Shown here piece by piece: positions 49,110 to 59,529 of a stretch of 64,000 nucleotides of DNA. Both the position numbers and the translations under genes were made by a program. Source of the DNA: Fibrobacteria bacterium (GTDB taxonomy: Bacteria; Fibrobacterota; Fibrobacteria; UBA11236); contig JBGTHM010000100.1 in the NCBI GenBank assembly GCA_041746255.1, positions 1-64,000 of the forward strand, in the 5' to 3' direction. The notes under the pieces are model-generated. The model saw nothing but the letters and a program-made list of their open reading frames with translations. It was not told the origin of the DNA and searched no databases. Each line of letters starts with the position of its first letter. Within the stretch, counting starts at the first letter, position 1.

Positions 49110-50385
49110 ATTGCTCGTAATTGATTTTCTGTGCACCCACCCGGACATCGGCCCCAATCAAGACGGAGGCGAAGATTTGGAACTCCACGCCTTGCTGACC
49201 TGCGAAAAGAATAATGGGGTGATTCGGCAGGGCGACGACATCGCGATGGATGCTCGACTCGGTGGTAATGGTAGCCCGTTTATAATTCTGATCGTAAAGC
49301 CATTTTTCCAGATTGACAACTTCCAGAGGATTCATGCGCACCGCTTCCCGTTTCGCATAGACCAAGGCCCGCGAGCCCGGCAGCCAGGTGGGGCCGCTAT
49401 AACTGCTGGGAAACACGTTCTCAGCGATTTTGGGTGTGCTCCCATACAAATCCGCGACCTCAACCAAGTGGCCCTGGGGATCGATTTTCAATTGCATGAC
49501 TCCGATATCAACGACACGGTCCTTCAAATCGTTGGAGATCTGGTACGCCACGAAATGCCCGTCGAATGACCAGGAAGGATGACTTTTGTTATTCGTAACC
49601 TGGTTATTGAACACCAGTACCTTGTTTTTATCATTGAAATCCATCAAAGCGATGGTGTACTGTCCCCGCTTTCGGGTCCCACTGGTTCTGGCCGTGTAAG
49701 CCAAAAACCTCCCGTTCGGCGAAAAAACGGGAAACATCTCCTCCCCGGGGCTTTGCGTCAGCCGAATGAATTCCTTTTTCGGCTCACGTTTAAGGTTGGT
49801 ACCGAAAAATTGCGTGACATCTTTAACCATGTAAATGTCTCCGTCGCCGGTGCGGGCGGAAACCCAAATAAGTGATTTTCCATCGGGTGACCATTTCGGG
49901 CTCGCGTCCACTTCCGGGTCGAAGGTAAGCCGGGTATGTATTTCGGACCCAACGGCGCCCAGGTAGATGTCATGGTTGTTCACCCCGCCCGCACTGACAT
50001 AGGCGTAATATTGCACGCCATTATGCAGAACCGGGCTCCATTCCAATTCGTCTTCATAGCCTTTAAAAAGCCATTCCTCTTCCATGTCCAGGTCTTCAAT
50101 ATTCTGCTTTTTGGCAACCGGAGTGATTTGCTGCAGTTCCTTGCGCTTCGAATCATAAAGCCAGAGCTGGCGGTTGTCTCTGACTTGCCGAACAAACGAA
50201 ATGAAATTGACGAAGTTGGTGCTGATCTTGGGATGAAACAGCTGCCCGGAAAGCTTGGGGTCGGAACTGGAAACCACCACCACGGTTTTCGAGGCGTCGG
50301 TAGCGTCAGCCGCCGCATCCTGAACACCGAATAGCATGACCGTCAAAACCAGGAGGAATAGAGGCGAAGAATATTTTTTTTTCAT
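49093..50385 (-). CDS. Secreted TolB-like beta-propeller (PD40 repeats)
   Basis: Signal peptide; PKWSPDG, PVFSPNG, PSWSFDG, PTWLPG repeats. Confidence 0.87.
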   Translation of the reverse strand: MKKKYSSPLFLLVLTVMLFGVQDAAADATDASKTVVVVSSSDPKLSGQLFHPKISTNFVNFISFVRQVRDNRQLWLYDSKRKELQQITPVAKKQNIEDLDMEEEWLFKGYEDELEWSPVLHNGVQYYAYVSAGGVNNHDIYLGAVGSEIHTRLTFDPEVDASPKWSPDGKSLIWVSARTGDGDIYMVKDVTQFFGTNLKREPKKEFIRLTQSPGEEMFPVFSPNGRFLAYTARTSGTRKRGQYTIALMDFNDKNKVLVFNNQVTNNKSHPSWSFDGHFVAYQISNDLKDRVVDIGVMQLKIDPQGHLVEVADLYGSTPKIAENVFPSSYSGPTWLPGSRALVYAKREAVRMNPLEVVNLEKWLYDQNYKRATITTESSIHRDVVALPNHPIILFAGQQGVEFQIFASVLIGADVRVGAQKINYEQYDIFK

Positions 50386-50401
50386 GCCGTGCATCCGATG
50401 A

Positions 50402-51616
50402 CTAAGTGGTACCCAGGCTCTTGAGGTAGTTTTCCGCCTTGACGTTGTCCTGCTTGAATTTATCATTCGAGGAATACCAGACAAGGTAGTCCTTCCATTT
50501 CAGGACGGCCTGTTGCTGATAGAATTTTTGTTTATCCGGATCGGTTGAGCTGCGGTACATCCGCGTCCATGCCAATGCCCAAAAATAGCGGGTACGCTGC
50601 ATGACGTCGTCGAACAATTCAGGTTCAATGAAGCTTTGGTCGCGAACGACGGCTTCGAAAGCCCGATGCGCCTTAGCGTATTGCTTTAGTTCCACATAGC
50701 AAATCCCTTGATTCATGCTTGCGACCGGATGATATCGCTCATACTCCAACACGGTATTGTACGCGGCGGCCGCTTCGCTGAGACGACCGGTTTGCTGAAG
50801 CGAGAGCCCACGGAAGTAATTGGCTTTGACGTACTCGTCACGCTCGGGGTTGCCCCTTTGCTTGGTGGTAGGTTTGGGAATGTTCGCAAATAATTTTACC
50901 GCGTTATGAAAGTCATTTTGACGGTAGGCTGCAACTCCCATGGCGAATGCCGGCGTACCGACACCCTCGGTTCCGGGTTTCGGTGCGGATTCCGGCGCGC
51001 TTTTCAGTTTGGCGCGCGCGTCTTCCGAAATTTCTGGAGCGGCGGGCATAGGCAAGTCTTCCGGCTGGAATACCGGAGGGGGTTTGCTGGGTTCAGGCGA
51101 TGTCATGGCCAGCTTTTCCGGCTGGACAGTCGGTGTAGACTCCGCTTTTTCAACCGTTTTGGGCGGCTCCGGAGCTTTTGGTGCGGGAGGTTGATTCGGA
51201 ACCGGCGTCGCCTCTGCGCGCGGGGTGGGTACGGGCGTCACTTCAGCTTTAGGGGCGGGAGGGGGGGCCTTTTCGATCGGAGGACTGTACTCGCTGCGCG
51301 GTGTGGGAGTGGCTTGCGGGCTGGGAGGGGGGCCTTGCAGGGATGGCTTGTTCGGTTCCGGGGTCTCTTGCGGGATGGATTCGATATAGGGATCTTCAAA
51401 GCGCGTCGGACTTTCGGGAAAGGACGTCTCCATCTGGCTGGTCAGCGCGCTTTTGATACGCTCCGCGTTTCTCCGTTTTTCCAGCTCGATCCAGCCCCAG
51501 ACAATCGCGCCGACGAGCAGAATGGCTACAACTATCACTATCGAAATCAGTTGATTTCTTTTTTTTCGCTTGGCCGAAGCTTCGGTATAATTGAAATCGG
51601 AGTCGGTCATTTTCAT
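50402..51616 (-). CDS. Bitopic membrane protein with Pro-rich linker and C-terminal TPR domain
   Basis: Basic stretch plus TM, long P/E/K/T-rich spacer, TPR motifs (YFRGLSLQQTGRLSEAAAAY). Confidence 0.85.
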   Translation of the reverse strand: MKMTDSDFNYTEASAKRKKRNQLISIVIVVAILLVGAIVWGWIELEKRRNAERIKSALTSQMETSFPESPTRFEDPYIESIPQETPEPNKPSLQGPPPSPQATPTPRSEYSPPIEKAPPPAPKAEVTPVPTPRAEATPVPNQPPAPKAPEPPKTVEKAESTPTVQPEKLAMTSPEPSKPPPVFQPEDLPMPAAPEISEDARAKLKSAPESAPKPGTEGVGTPAFAMGVAAYRQNDFHNAVKLFANIPKPTTKQRGNPERDEYVKANYFRGLSLQQTGRLSEAAAAYNTVLEYERYHPVASMNQGICYVELKQYAKAHRAFEAVVRDQSFIEPELFDDVMQRTRYFWALAWTRMYRSSTDPDKQKFYQQQAVLKWKDYLVWYSSNDKFKQDNVKAENYLKSLGTT

Positions 51617-51651
51617 GTTTCCCGTGTAAATCGTATACAGGCTTATTCAGT

Positions 51652-52791
51652 TTATTTGGCTATGTCAGGAGGCGGTAAGGGAGGGGCCCCGGGATCCCAA
51701 CCGGGCTTTTCTTCTTCGCCGTTCAAACTCCAATATGCTGCCACTCCGCCTCCCAAGCCTAATACCGCTAGCGACACCCATAGGGCCGAATTGGCCTTTC
51801 CCAGGGATTGCGCCTTTTTGGAGCCGGCCACCGCACCCTTCTTTCCGGTTTTGGCGTTCAAAGCATCGAAAAAATCCCTCTCATAGGTAAAAAGGGACGA
51901 AACCTCTACGGATGGTTGTGCCGGCATCTGCAAAATCTGTTCTTTCCTTTCCACATCATAGTGGGATAAAAGGTAAATGAACTCACTTTCTTGCTTATAC
52001 AATCGGAAATAGAGTAATTGTCCGACACCTAACTTTTCGCCCAAGTTTATCATATTATCGTTCGATGGGACAACTGAATACTTGTTGATCTCCAGAGCTT
52101 TCAAAAGTTCCGCTTGTTCGCCTTGGTCCATGACTTGGTAATGCTGGTTTCGATAAATGTAGGTGGATACCCTTTCATGCAATACCCGGGACTGGATTGA
52201 CGGTTGGCTTAAATCAAGCACCGCGAGCGTGGTCTTGGCCGTGCCATCGCTGCGCTCCGATACCTGGGGGGAGAGTTTTTTGATCGAGGCCTGGAAAGCT
52301 TGCGCCAACAAGGGACTTCGTTCCATAAGGATATCGGTCTTCGATTCCCCTACATCCGTCCAGACCACTTGTGCCGAAGGTACGTGGAGCAGCTTCAAGG
52401 TGAACGAATTGTATTTGTCCAAAGCGGCAACCGTCCCGAACAGGACGTATTGGACTTGGAGAATATTTCCCGCATCGAAACTGCATTGAGGGGCGTTACA
52501 GGCTAAAGCCGGATTGAAATTGAATTCCCGCAATTTCCGGGCCGCCGAATCGGCCGGAAATAAATCCCACCGGCCGGATTCCACCACCAGCTTCCTGATC
52601 ATGTCGGTTACCATACCCCTGCGCTGGTTGTCGACCATGTCAACTAAATCCAGAATCGCGATGGATGGCAACGAGGATGTCGAAGCCGGTTTTCCGTCAA
52701 CCCCTACGGGGAAAAATCCCATGCACATCGCAAGGCAGGCTGCCGCAGGCAGTCGGCGGAAGCCGGTCTTATGCAATAATTTTGAGGTCAC
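51652..52791 (-). CDS. Secreted protein with two CsgG/TolB-N-like domains and a C-terminal Gly-rich TM plus Pro tail
   Basis: Duplicated IAILDL/LAVLDL...G-x-L-x-V units; C-terminus LWVSLAVLGLGGGVAAYW...PGAPPLPPP; start uncertain. Confidence 0.7.
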   Translation of the reverse strand: MTSKLLHKTGFRRLPAAACLAMCMGFFPVGVDGKPASTSSLPSIAILDLVDMVDNQRRGMVTDMIRKLVVESGRWDLFPADSAARKLREFNFNPALACNAPQCSFDAGNILQVQYVLFGTVAALDKYNSFTLKLLHVPSAQVVWTDVGESKTDILMERSPLLAQAFQASIKKLSPQVSERSDGTAKTTLAVLDLSQPSIQSRVLHERVSTYIYRNQHYQVMDQGEQAELLKALEINKYSVVPSNDNMINLGEKLGVGQLLYFRLYKQESEFIYLLSHYDVERKEQILQMPAQPSVEVSSLFTYERDFFDALNAKTGKKGAVAGSKKAQSLGKANSALWVSLAVLGLGGGVAAYWSLNGEEEKPGWDPGAPPLPPPDIAK

Positions 52792-52957
52792 AATGTGCAA
52801 GGTTCTTCTAACGTATCTAAAATAAACAAATCCTTCTAGAATTGGGCCGATTTCCTGACGCGCCGATTGATACTCACCACTCCCTGGTTTACGCAAGGCC
52901 GTTTCCAAAAAGGACTGCTTGGATTCGGATGGTTTTTTTATAGATTAGCCTCGGCTA

Positions 52958-53032
52958 GGCGACATACCCAAGTGGTAAGGGGGAGCTCTGCAAAAGCTTT
53001 ATTCAGCGGTTCGAATCCGCTTGTCGCCTCCA
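52958..53032 (+). tRNA. tRNA-Cys (GCA)
   Basis: Cloverleaf: GGCGACA/TGTCGCC acceptor stem, anticodon loop CTGCAAA, TTCGAAT T-loop, U discriminator, encoded CCA. Confidence 0.96.
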
Positions 53033-53063
53033 CCTCCCCATTTCAACTCGAATCGGATTAGCG

Positions 53064-53603
53064 CTAATTCAAATCGACGTGAACTTCGACGTTTTCTTCG
53101 GGAATTACTTTAACCTCAACCTGCTTTTTGGCTTTTCCGCGGGTTACGGTAAATATTCGCGATCCGGCCTCGATATTATTGATTCTCAAGGGCCCACCTT
53201 CCGTCTCCCCAATAGGCTCCCCATCAATGGAAACCCGCACATTTTTCTCAGGTTTGGTCGTCAGAGTCACTGATCCATAGGGGGTAACCAGCTTTCGCTC
53301 GATAACCAATTTTCGGTCGGGCCAGACATTCACCCTTTCCGTGATTAATTCTTCCCCATTATACATAATGGTCAGAGTGTGTCTTCCGCTGGCAAAGGAG
53401 GTATCCACGGGCGAAAGGCCCAACTTGGCACCCCCTAGGTATACCATGGCACGAGGGGGATCGGTTATGATTGATACTTCGCCCATACCGCCGCGGGGAG
53501 GTACAGCGTCCTCTTCGCTTTGCACGGAAACCGCCGCAACGGAAACCAGCAGCGCCATGGAGAATACTGTTCTAAAATTTCGCAATCGGGTAACAATAGG
53601 CAT
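53064..53603 (-). CDS. Secreted PEGA-domain protein (two repeats)
   Basis: ITDPPRAMVYLGG..LGLSP...GRHTL and TKPE...IDGEPIGET. Confidence 0.85.
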   Translation of the reverse strand: MPIVTRLRNFRTVFSMALLVSVAAVSVQSEEDAVPPRGGMGEVSIITDPPRAMVYLGGAKLGLSPVDTSFASGRHTLTIMYNGEELITERVNVWPDRKLVIERKLVTPYGSVTLTTKPEKNVRVSIDGEPIGETEGGPLRINNIEAGSRIFTVTRGKAKKQVEVKVIPEENVEVHVDLN

Positions 53604-53713
53604 GCCTACCTCCAGAACAATCGGGTTAAATCAGTGACCCCTACAATATACATCCGGATGAATTTCCGCATGATAAGGAATGCATTTTTCGTAAAAGCGG
53701 TTAAAAGGACTCT

Positions 53714-55546
53714 CTAAAAGGCTTGAGCCAAGTCCAAAACCCACTGGCTTTGGCCCTCGAGTCGGGGGTCCCAAGCATAATCCAGCCGGAGATTGAAAAT
53801 TGAGAGCAGATTATATCGCACCCCTAACCCCAAAGCCAATCCAACTCCTTCGGGATGAATGGCTTTGCCAACAGGCCAAACAGAACCATAATCCACGAAA
53901 GGTACCCATTGAAATTGGCTAATATGCCTCAAATAGCTATCCCTTCCTACCCATCCGGGTGGAATCGGCTGGAACCTCCATTCGAATGAGCCCAGTCCGT
54001 ACATCGGCTCCAAGTCGCTTTCGCAACCCACTTCAACCTGCAGGCGCGGACAAAGCCTCCGCCAACCGTAACTGCGAACACTGCGAGGCCCCCCCAGAAA
54101 AAATCGTTGTGAATTGAGTCCCCCCTTTTCGAAGAAACGGCCCCCTTCTAGCCTGACGGCAACCCCGAACGGAAGATAGGCCGCAATTTTTGACTCCACC
54201 CAATTATGCCGGAAGTCGTAAAATTGGAGATTGCCTTTTCTAATCAAAGGGCCACCGTTACCCCAGGTCAAGGAGGTGCGCCATCCCGACGTTGGACTAA
54301 ACAGGTTATCCAGCACGGTGAGGAAGGCGGAATTGATATAATTGAGATTGACACCGCGAATGCGCGAATTGTCCCCACGAAGCTGGCTTTCGCCTCGAAG
54401 CTCCGTGCTACTGATAAGACGGGCGAAACGGGAAAAACTTCGCGACAATTGGGCGTCGTTCGCAATCTCAAAATCCCCGTCATAAAGTCCGCGATGGTAA
54501 GCCTGCCCCTGATCCTGATACCAGTTCATATACAGATCGTTGTCGAAACGAACACTGGTCCCGAAAAAAAGCGGTGAACCATACCCCAAGCTATGGCTTT
54601 GGCGCCTTTGGGCAAAAGAGATCCCCCATTTACCCTCATGCATCCTGCCGGCCAGATTGTAATGCCTCCACTCTAAGGAAACTCCCGGGCCGTATTGGGT
54701 TTCATAAAACAAACCAGCCTGCAATTCGCCTGGAAATGCTTCTTCGGCCTTTAAAACCAGAGCGCTCCGTCCTTCAGCGTTCTCAAGAACGGAATCCCTG
54801 ACTTGCACATAGTTGAAAATTCCTGTTGACCGGAGTTTTTTCTCCAGTTCCGCGACTGCTTCGGCGCTGACGGTATCTCCTCGGCGAAGGCCCAACAGAG
54901 AGCGGAAAACCACGGGATTGGTCAGTCCCGCCTTCGTATGCTGCGCCCCCTCCCTACTATTGGCCACCATGAGAGTGTCGAAAACCACCAGATTTCCGGG
55001 ATTAACCTTGTAGTTGACGCGAACGGAATGGGACTGCGATACAAGGGCTATATCTTCGGCCACCCTGGCATGAACGTAACCTTTGTTTCCATATACTCTG
55101 GCGATGAGCCTGCGATCCCGGTAAATTCCCTCTAATTCGAATGGCTCTCCGCTAATGGCTTCCAATGCGTCCAAATCGATGAGGACAGGCGCACCATCCC
55201 CCACGGTAACCTCGATTCCCGCGAACCGGTATCGAATTCCCTCGGTCACCCTGAACACCAACGCTTTTCCGGATCCGCTCTCCCTGCCCGGACCTGCTTC
55301 GCTTTCCACCTTGACGTCAAAAAAGCCCCTGTCCGCATAGAGCGCTGCCAGGACCTCCTCTGCGCGGATTTCCCAGTCACGCCATTCTGCCTCGCTTAGC
55401 GAATCCGATATGCGGGGGGCATGCAATTCCGAACGCAATCGTTTCGAATCGAAGTATTGGTTTCCTTCGAACCGGATGATCCTTTCGGCCCGCACCAAAC
55501 TCGGCAGAAAAAGCGCCAGGATTGCGACAATCGTTACATTCACCAT
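53714..55546 (-). CDS. tamA: Omp85/TamA-like outer membrane protein (about 3 POTRA domains plus barrel)
   Basis: FEGN, RGFF, KGY POTRA motifs; FFLGGPRSVRSY, GLGVRY, LDYA, terminal Phe. Confidence 0.8.
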   Translation of the reverse strand: MVNVTIVAILALFLPSLVRAERIIRFEGNQYFDSKRLRSELHAPRISDSLSEAEWRDWEIRAEEVLAALYADRGFFDVKVESEAGPGRESGSGKALVFRVTEGIRYRFAGIEVTVGDGAPVLIDLDALEAISGEPFELEGIYRDRRLIARVYGNKGYVHARVAEDIALVSQSHSVRVNYKVNPGNLVVFDTLMVANSREGAQHTKAGLTNPVVFRSLLGLRRGDTVSAEAVAELEKKLRSTGIFNYVQVRDSVLENAEGRSALVLKAEEAFPGELQAGLFYETQYGPGVSLEWRHYNLAGRMHEGKWGISFAQRRQSHSLGYGSPLFFGTSVRFDNDLYMNWYQDQGQAYHRGLYDGDFEIANDAQLSRSFSRFARLISSTELRGESQLRGDNSRIRGVNLNYINSAFLTVLDNLFSPTSGWRTSLTWGNGGPLIRKGNLQFYDFRHNWVESKIAAYLPFGVAVRLEGGRFFEKGGLNSQRFFLGGPRSVRSYGWRRLCPRLQVEVGCESDLEPMYGLGSFEWRFQPIPPGWVGRDSYLRHISQFQWVPFVDYGSVWPVGKAIHPEGVGLALGLGVRYNLLSIFNLRLDYAWDPRLEGQSQWVLDLAQAF

Positions 55547-58500
55547 AGTTCCCAAAACTTGTAACGGTAGCGTAACCCCACTTGTCGGTTCACCCTTTCC
55601 CCGTCCTGATCCCTCCGCAAATTTTTAGGCATGGTTTCCACGGCGGCCTCCACACGAAATCGATCTTTCACGCGAGCTTGCCATTTGGGGTCATTCGACC
55701 ATTCCGCTACGGGCGGCCGCCATTGAATCGCAAGGCGATGCTCCCACGGACGGTTGCTGGGATCGTCGGATCGATATCCCGACTTGGCCCGGACGCTCAT
55801 ACGCATAAACTCCCGTGATTCCAATTCCAACGATAAAGCTTCCGACAACCCCGAAGTATCCGCAACCTCTCCCTTTTCCCCTCCCATCATGGCGCCCAAA
55901 CCCGTGACTTGCACCGTTTGAATCCAATTCCCGCTCATTTTTTCCACTACTCTGGAGAGATTACGGTTCAAGGTCGGCTCCAGCAACGATAAAACGGTTT
56001 CACCGTACCCTCCTCCTTCGGTGGATACGAAACAGCCGCGGCGCACCGAATTGAGCATGTCCGGTATGGTAACGGCCTCACCTAGACCGGCGCCACAGTC
56101 GCTGTCATACCCGAAATCAATTTTTTGCAAAGTCCCATGCAGCGATACAAATACCCTGCAAGAATCGGATGCCCGTGGACGACAATCCGCCGCGAGGGTT
56201 TTATCTCCATCCACGGAAATTTCCCCGTCTTCAACCCGGGAATTACGCCAGTTTACCGCGAAGTTTCGAATATCATATGCCTGATTCCGTTGTCCCAATT
56301 CTCCCTTGAGAGCCGAAACCTCACCGGTAACCAATGAATAGGGGTAGGTACCCCTGACCCTTACCCCGCCGGTGAATTGTAGTCTAATCACATCCGATTC
56401 AATCCGGTTACCGGATCCAATGGCGTCCAAATCCACCGATAGATGCATGGGTTTAACCTTTTGTCGACCATCTTGTTTTTTTCGTTTCACGAAAAAAGAT
56501 TGGATTTCCTGAATATCGAAGCGATGGGTAAAAAGCGAATTTTCGAGGCGGGCCTTAAGCTGCAGGGTAGGGACTGGAGACAATACCGGAACCGATCCGT
56601 TACGGGGTCGTTCATAGGAAACGGACGCCTCCCCCAATTCACTACGAAACCTTACCCCCCCTTGGCCGCCCCGTAACCTGACGCGGGAAGCCTGCGCCTC
56701 GGCCCGCAGATATTCATCCTGCATATGCAAAGTGGCGCGGATTTCCGCCAGTCGCAATTCCTCTACCCCCGCCAGCTTCAGGTTCAAGCCGTCGCCTTCC
56801 AGGTTAGCCGTCAACAGTCTATCGACGAGCCGGTACTCTGCCGCGCCACGGAGGGAATTACCGACCTGGTTGCGGACTATCGCGTCCTCGAGCTTCAGTC
56901 GGCTGTCATGTAATCTAAGCTTCGCCGAAACCATTTGGGTATCCAGCGGAGCCACCAGATATCGACCATATACATCGCCGTCACCTTGCGCACGGAGCCA
57001 AGGCGCGCTGCCCCAAAGAGGCGAGCTGATACGCGCCGTAAGGAGCAAATCACGGATTTCACCGCTATTTTCCGGCAATGGCAGATTACCCGAAAGTGTC
57101 GCCAAACCCGACACATTCCGCCAGGCATCGGAGGTCCCGTCAAACTGGAGGTGCAAACCGTTCCCATCGGCCTTGAGTTTGATTTGCTGATGCTCGCTCA
57201 ACGGTCCGATAACACTCAGTTCCACGGTATCATTGAGAATTTCGTAGCGGCGTGAGTGTAGTTGGGTGGAGAGCGACAGAGTATCGCCACGGCCTTTCAA
57301 AGTAACCTGCATGGGTATGAACCATTCCTCCAAACCCACGAGGTGAAATTGCTGAAAACGGTAATCCCCCGAGAATTGGCCGTGCGCATCCGTGTTCTCC
57401 GCAGCCGTATAATCCATGCGGCCATCTATACGCCCGGAGAGTAATGGGGATTCAGGAAGAAAGGCTCCGAGGAAAGCACGCATATCCAGGGATTGGAAGG
57501 AGACGCTGGCATAGCGAATATCTTCCGGCCTGACTTGTTTCCAATTCAGAAGTGCGGCACGGGGTAACCCGAGGGAGCCCTCACCTTCGGCCCGGGAATA
57601 GGCGAACCCGACGGAAATCTTATCAATGTTCAGGACCGCCTCGTTCCAGCGCCCTTTGAAGGTCCCATCCCACTCCATCCCGGAATGCCGCGCGAATCCC
57701 TGCACATCGGCTTCGGCTTTTTCCTCTTCGACATCGATATCCACCGTACCCGAAAGTCGTGGCTGATAGCTATCCCACTTCCGGAGAAATCGAAAGGGAA
57801 CCTTCTCCACATGCAAAGCCTCCGCGTCGAATTGATAACGTGTCAGCGAGGGCATGGCGAAACTCAATTTTCCGAGCCCGGGACTTTGCGCGGAGAATTC
57901 CAGCGAAACCGGACGCATACCTCTGCCGTCCCAACCGGTGGAGTGTAAGCCCCACCGGACTTCGCCATTTCCCTGCCAGACCACGCCTTTTCCGAAAACC
58001 CGCCCCAAGTCCAACCGGTAGCTTTTTGCATCTATGGTCTGCTCGGCATAGGCAGAATCCGCATAGCTTCCATAGGCGGTTGGTTGACGCAACCAAGCCG
58101 AAACTTTCACCTTTTTATCCGCATACCTCCCTTGCACCCCCCCGCTTTGGAAAGTCACGTTGGTGTCGTTGGTCCAGGCAAGCGCCCAGGGTTCAGATGG
58201 CGATACCGTTCCATGAAAATCGGTTTGCCATCCCATTTTGGTATAGGCCGTTCCCTGCAACTCGGAACCCGCTCCGGTTTTGACATCAAAATCAAGCACA
58301 CCACCCGACCGCAACGAAAGCCGACGGAACTCCGCATCGCCCGGCAGGATAAATCCGGCTATATCGAACTCATAGTCGCTTACCGAACCGGTCAACTCAC
58401 CTTGTAAGTCGAGCGAATCCGGCCAATCATTCCATTGGAATCTCTGGAGAAACCCCGACAGACGAAACGCTCCCCGGGTAACCCCCTTCCCTTCCAAGTT

Positions 58501-59412
58501 GATCCGGAATACGCTATCCGCCCGTATCCGCGCCGAGACACGGTGTTCCCCCAAACTTGAGATTGAAGGCGTGATTCTCGCCTGAAAATCAGCGATTAGG
58601 CTATCGACTTCCCCCTGAACCATTATCGCCTCAGCACGGAAGTCCCTGACCTCGGGCAAGTTCCCGGCTTCGGCGCTGTCGTTAAAAAAAACCGTGAAGG
58701 GTGAAAGCGTGGGCAGGCTTATCCGCACCGTGTCCCGACTTTGCAGCAAATCCTGCCGGCGTCGGGATCCGCTAATATTCAGCGTGGCGCGATCATGCCT
58801 GGCATCTCCGGCATAATAGATACGGTTCAGAGCGCTCCAGTCCAACTCCACGCGCACAGAAGGCGTCATTTTTTCCACCCGCGAATCGGATACTCCCGCG
58901 GCCTCGAAACGGATTCGAGTGGGTTGACGGGACGAAATCAGAAGTTCATCTATCCACTGCCGTGCCTCTGAACCGCTTGCAACCTTTAGGGAGCGGATTC
59001 GCACGGAGAAGGGAAAGGGAATTCGGACCAACGGAAACGAGATTTTATCGATAATCTCCTTAGGGTCCTTAGGATCGGTTTCGCGCTCTTCCCAATCTAC
59101 CCGCATCGATGCAACTGTCATGGACAGTGCCGGCTTCAGGGCCAGCAGGCTTTCCCATAAATCCACACCCGCAGAGACTCCGGCGGCAGCCGCGTGAACC
59201 CGGCTACCCGTAAAGAGCAATGTGTCGGCTGAGAAGTGGAATGCAGGGGATACTTTGGCTCGTCGAATTTCAAGGGAGTAAACTCCCAGGCTGCGTTTCC
59301 CCTCGACCAAGGAAGGCAGCCAAAATCCAATACCCAACCAGGCCAGTACCAGGGTAGCGCCCAATACCGCAAAAAGCGGCCTAAAGCGGAATACTTTGGT
59401 CTTTTGCGGCAT
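55540..59412 (-). CDS. tamB: TamB/AsmA-like large beta-taco protein
   Basis: N-terminal TM, about 1290 aa beta-rich, C-terminal VGLRYRYKF; stop overlaps the Omp85 start. Confidence 0.72.
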   Translation of the reverse strand: MPQKTKVFRFRPLFAVLGATLVLAWLGIGFWLPSLVEGKRSLGVYSLEIRRAKVSPAFHFSADTLLFTGSRVHAAAAGVSAGVDLWESLLALKPALSMTVASMRVDWEERETDPKDPKEIIDKISFPLVRIPFPFSVRIRSLKVASGSEARQWIDELLISSRQPTRIRFEAAGVSDSRVEKMTPSVRVELDWSALNRIYYAGDARHDRATLNISGSRRRQDLLQSRDTVRISLPTLSPFTVFFNDSAEAGNLPEVRDFRAEAIMVQGEVDSLIADFQARITPSISSLGEHRVSARIRADSVFRINLEGKGVTRGAFRLSGFLQRFQWNDWPDSLDLQGELTGSVSDYEFDIAGFILPGDAEFRRLSLRSGGVLDFDVKTGAGSELQGTAYTKMGWQTDFHGTVSPSEPWALAWTNDTNVTFQSGGVQGRYADKKVKVSAWLRQPTAYGSYADSAYAEQTIDAKSYRLDLGRVFGKGVVWQGNGEVRWGLHSTGWDGRGMRPVSLEFSAQSPGLGKLSFAMPSLTRYQFDAEALHVEKVPFRFLRKWDSYQPRLSGTVDIDVEEEKAEADVQGFARHSGMEWDGTFKGRWNEAVLNIDKISVGFAYSRAEGEGSLGLPRAALLNWKQVRPEDIRYASVSFQSLDMRAFLGAFLPESPLLSGRIDGRMDYTAAENTDAHGQFSGDYRFQQFHLVGLEEWFIPMQVTLKGRGDTLSLSTQLHSRRYEILNDTVELSVIGPLSEHQQIKLKADGNGLHLQFDGTSDAWRNVSGLATLSGNLPLPENSGEIRDLLLTARISSPLWGSAPWLRAQGDGDVYGRYLVAPLDTQMVSAKLRLHDSRLKLEDAIVRNQVGNSLRGAAEYRLVDRLLTANLEGDGLNLKLAGVEELRLAEIRATLHMQDEYLRAEAQASRVRLRGGQGGVRFRSELGEASVSYERPRNGSVPVLSPVPTLQLKARLENSLFTHRFDIQEIQSFFVKRKKQDGRQKVKPMHLSVDLDAIGSGNRIESDVIRLQFTGGVRVRGTYPYSLVTGEVSALKGELGQRNQAYDIRNFAVNWRNSRVEDGEISVDGDKTLAADCRPRASDSCRVFVSLHGTLQKIDFGYDSDCGAGLGEAVTIPDMLNSVRRGCFVSTEGGGYGETVLSLLEPTLNRNLSRVVEKMSGNWIQTVQVTGLGAMMGGEKGEVADTSGLSEALSLELESREFMRMSVRAKSGYRSDDPSNRPWEHRLAIQWRPPVAEWSNDPKWQARVKDRFRVEAAVETMPKNLRRDQDGERVNRQVGLRYRYKFWELW

Positions 59413-59529
59413 TTTCCGTCGCTGGATATCTGAACTCAACTGGGGAAAACCAGCCCGGCTTTAAGCTTGCAGCTTCCCTTCGGAGCTGACCAGATTCTAT
59501 AATCTAATATTATCCCGAACCGGACCATC

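Noticed and set aside
51040..51400. Repetitive Pro-rich DNA as a repeat array
   Set aside because: Low-complexity protein linker with no fixed-length nucleotide repeat or spacer structure.
52958..53032. tRNA-Cys as an integration site of a genomic island
   Set aside because: No integrase and no duplicated tRNA 3' end noticed in the window; flanking genes look like a continuous envelope cluster.
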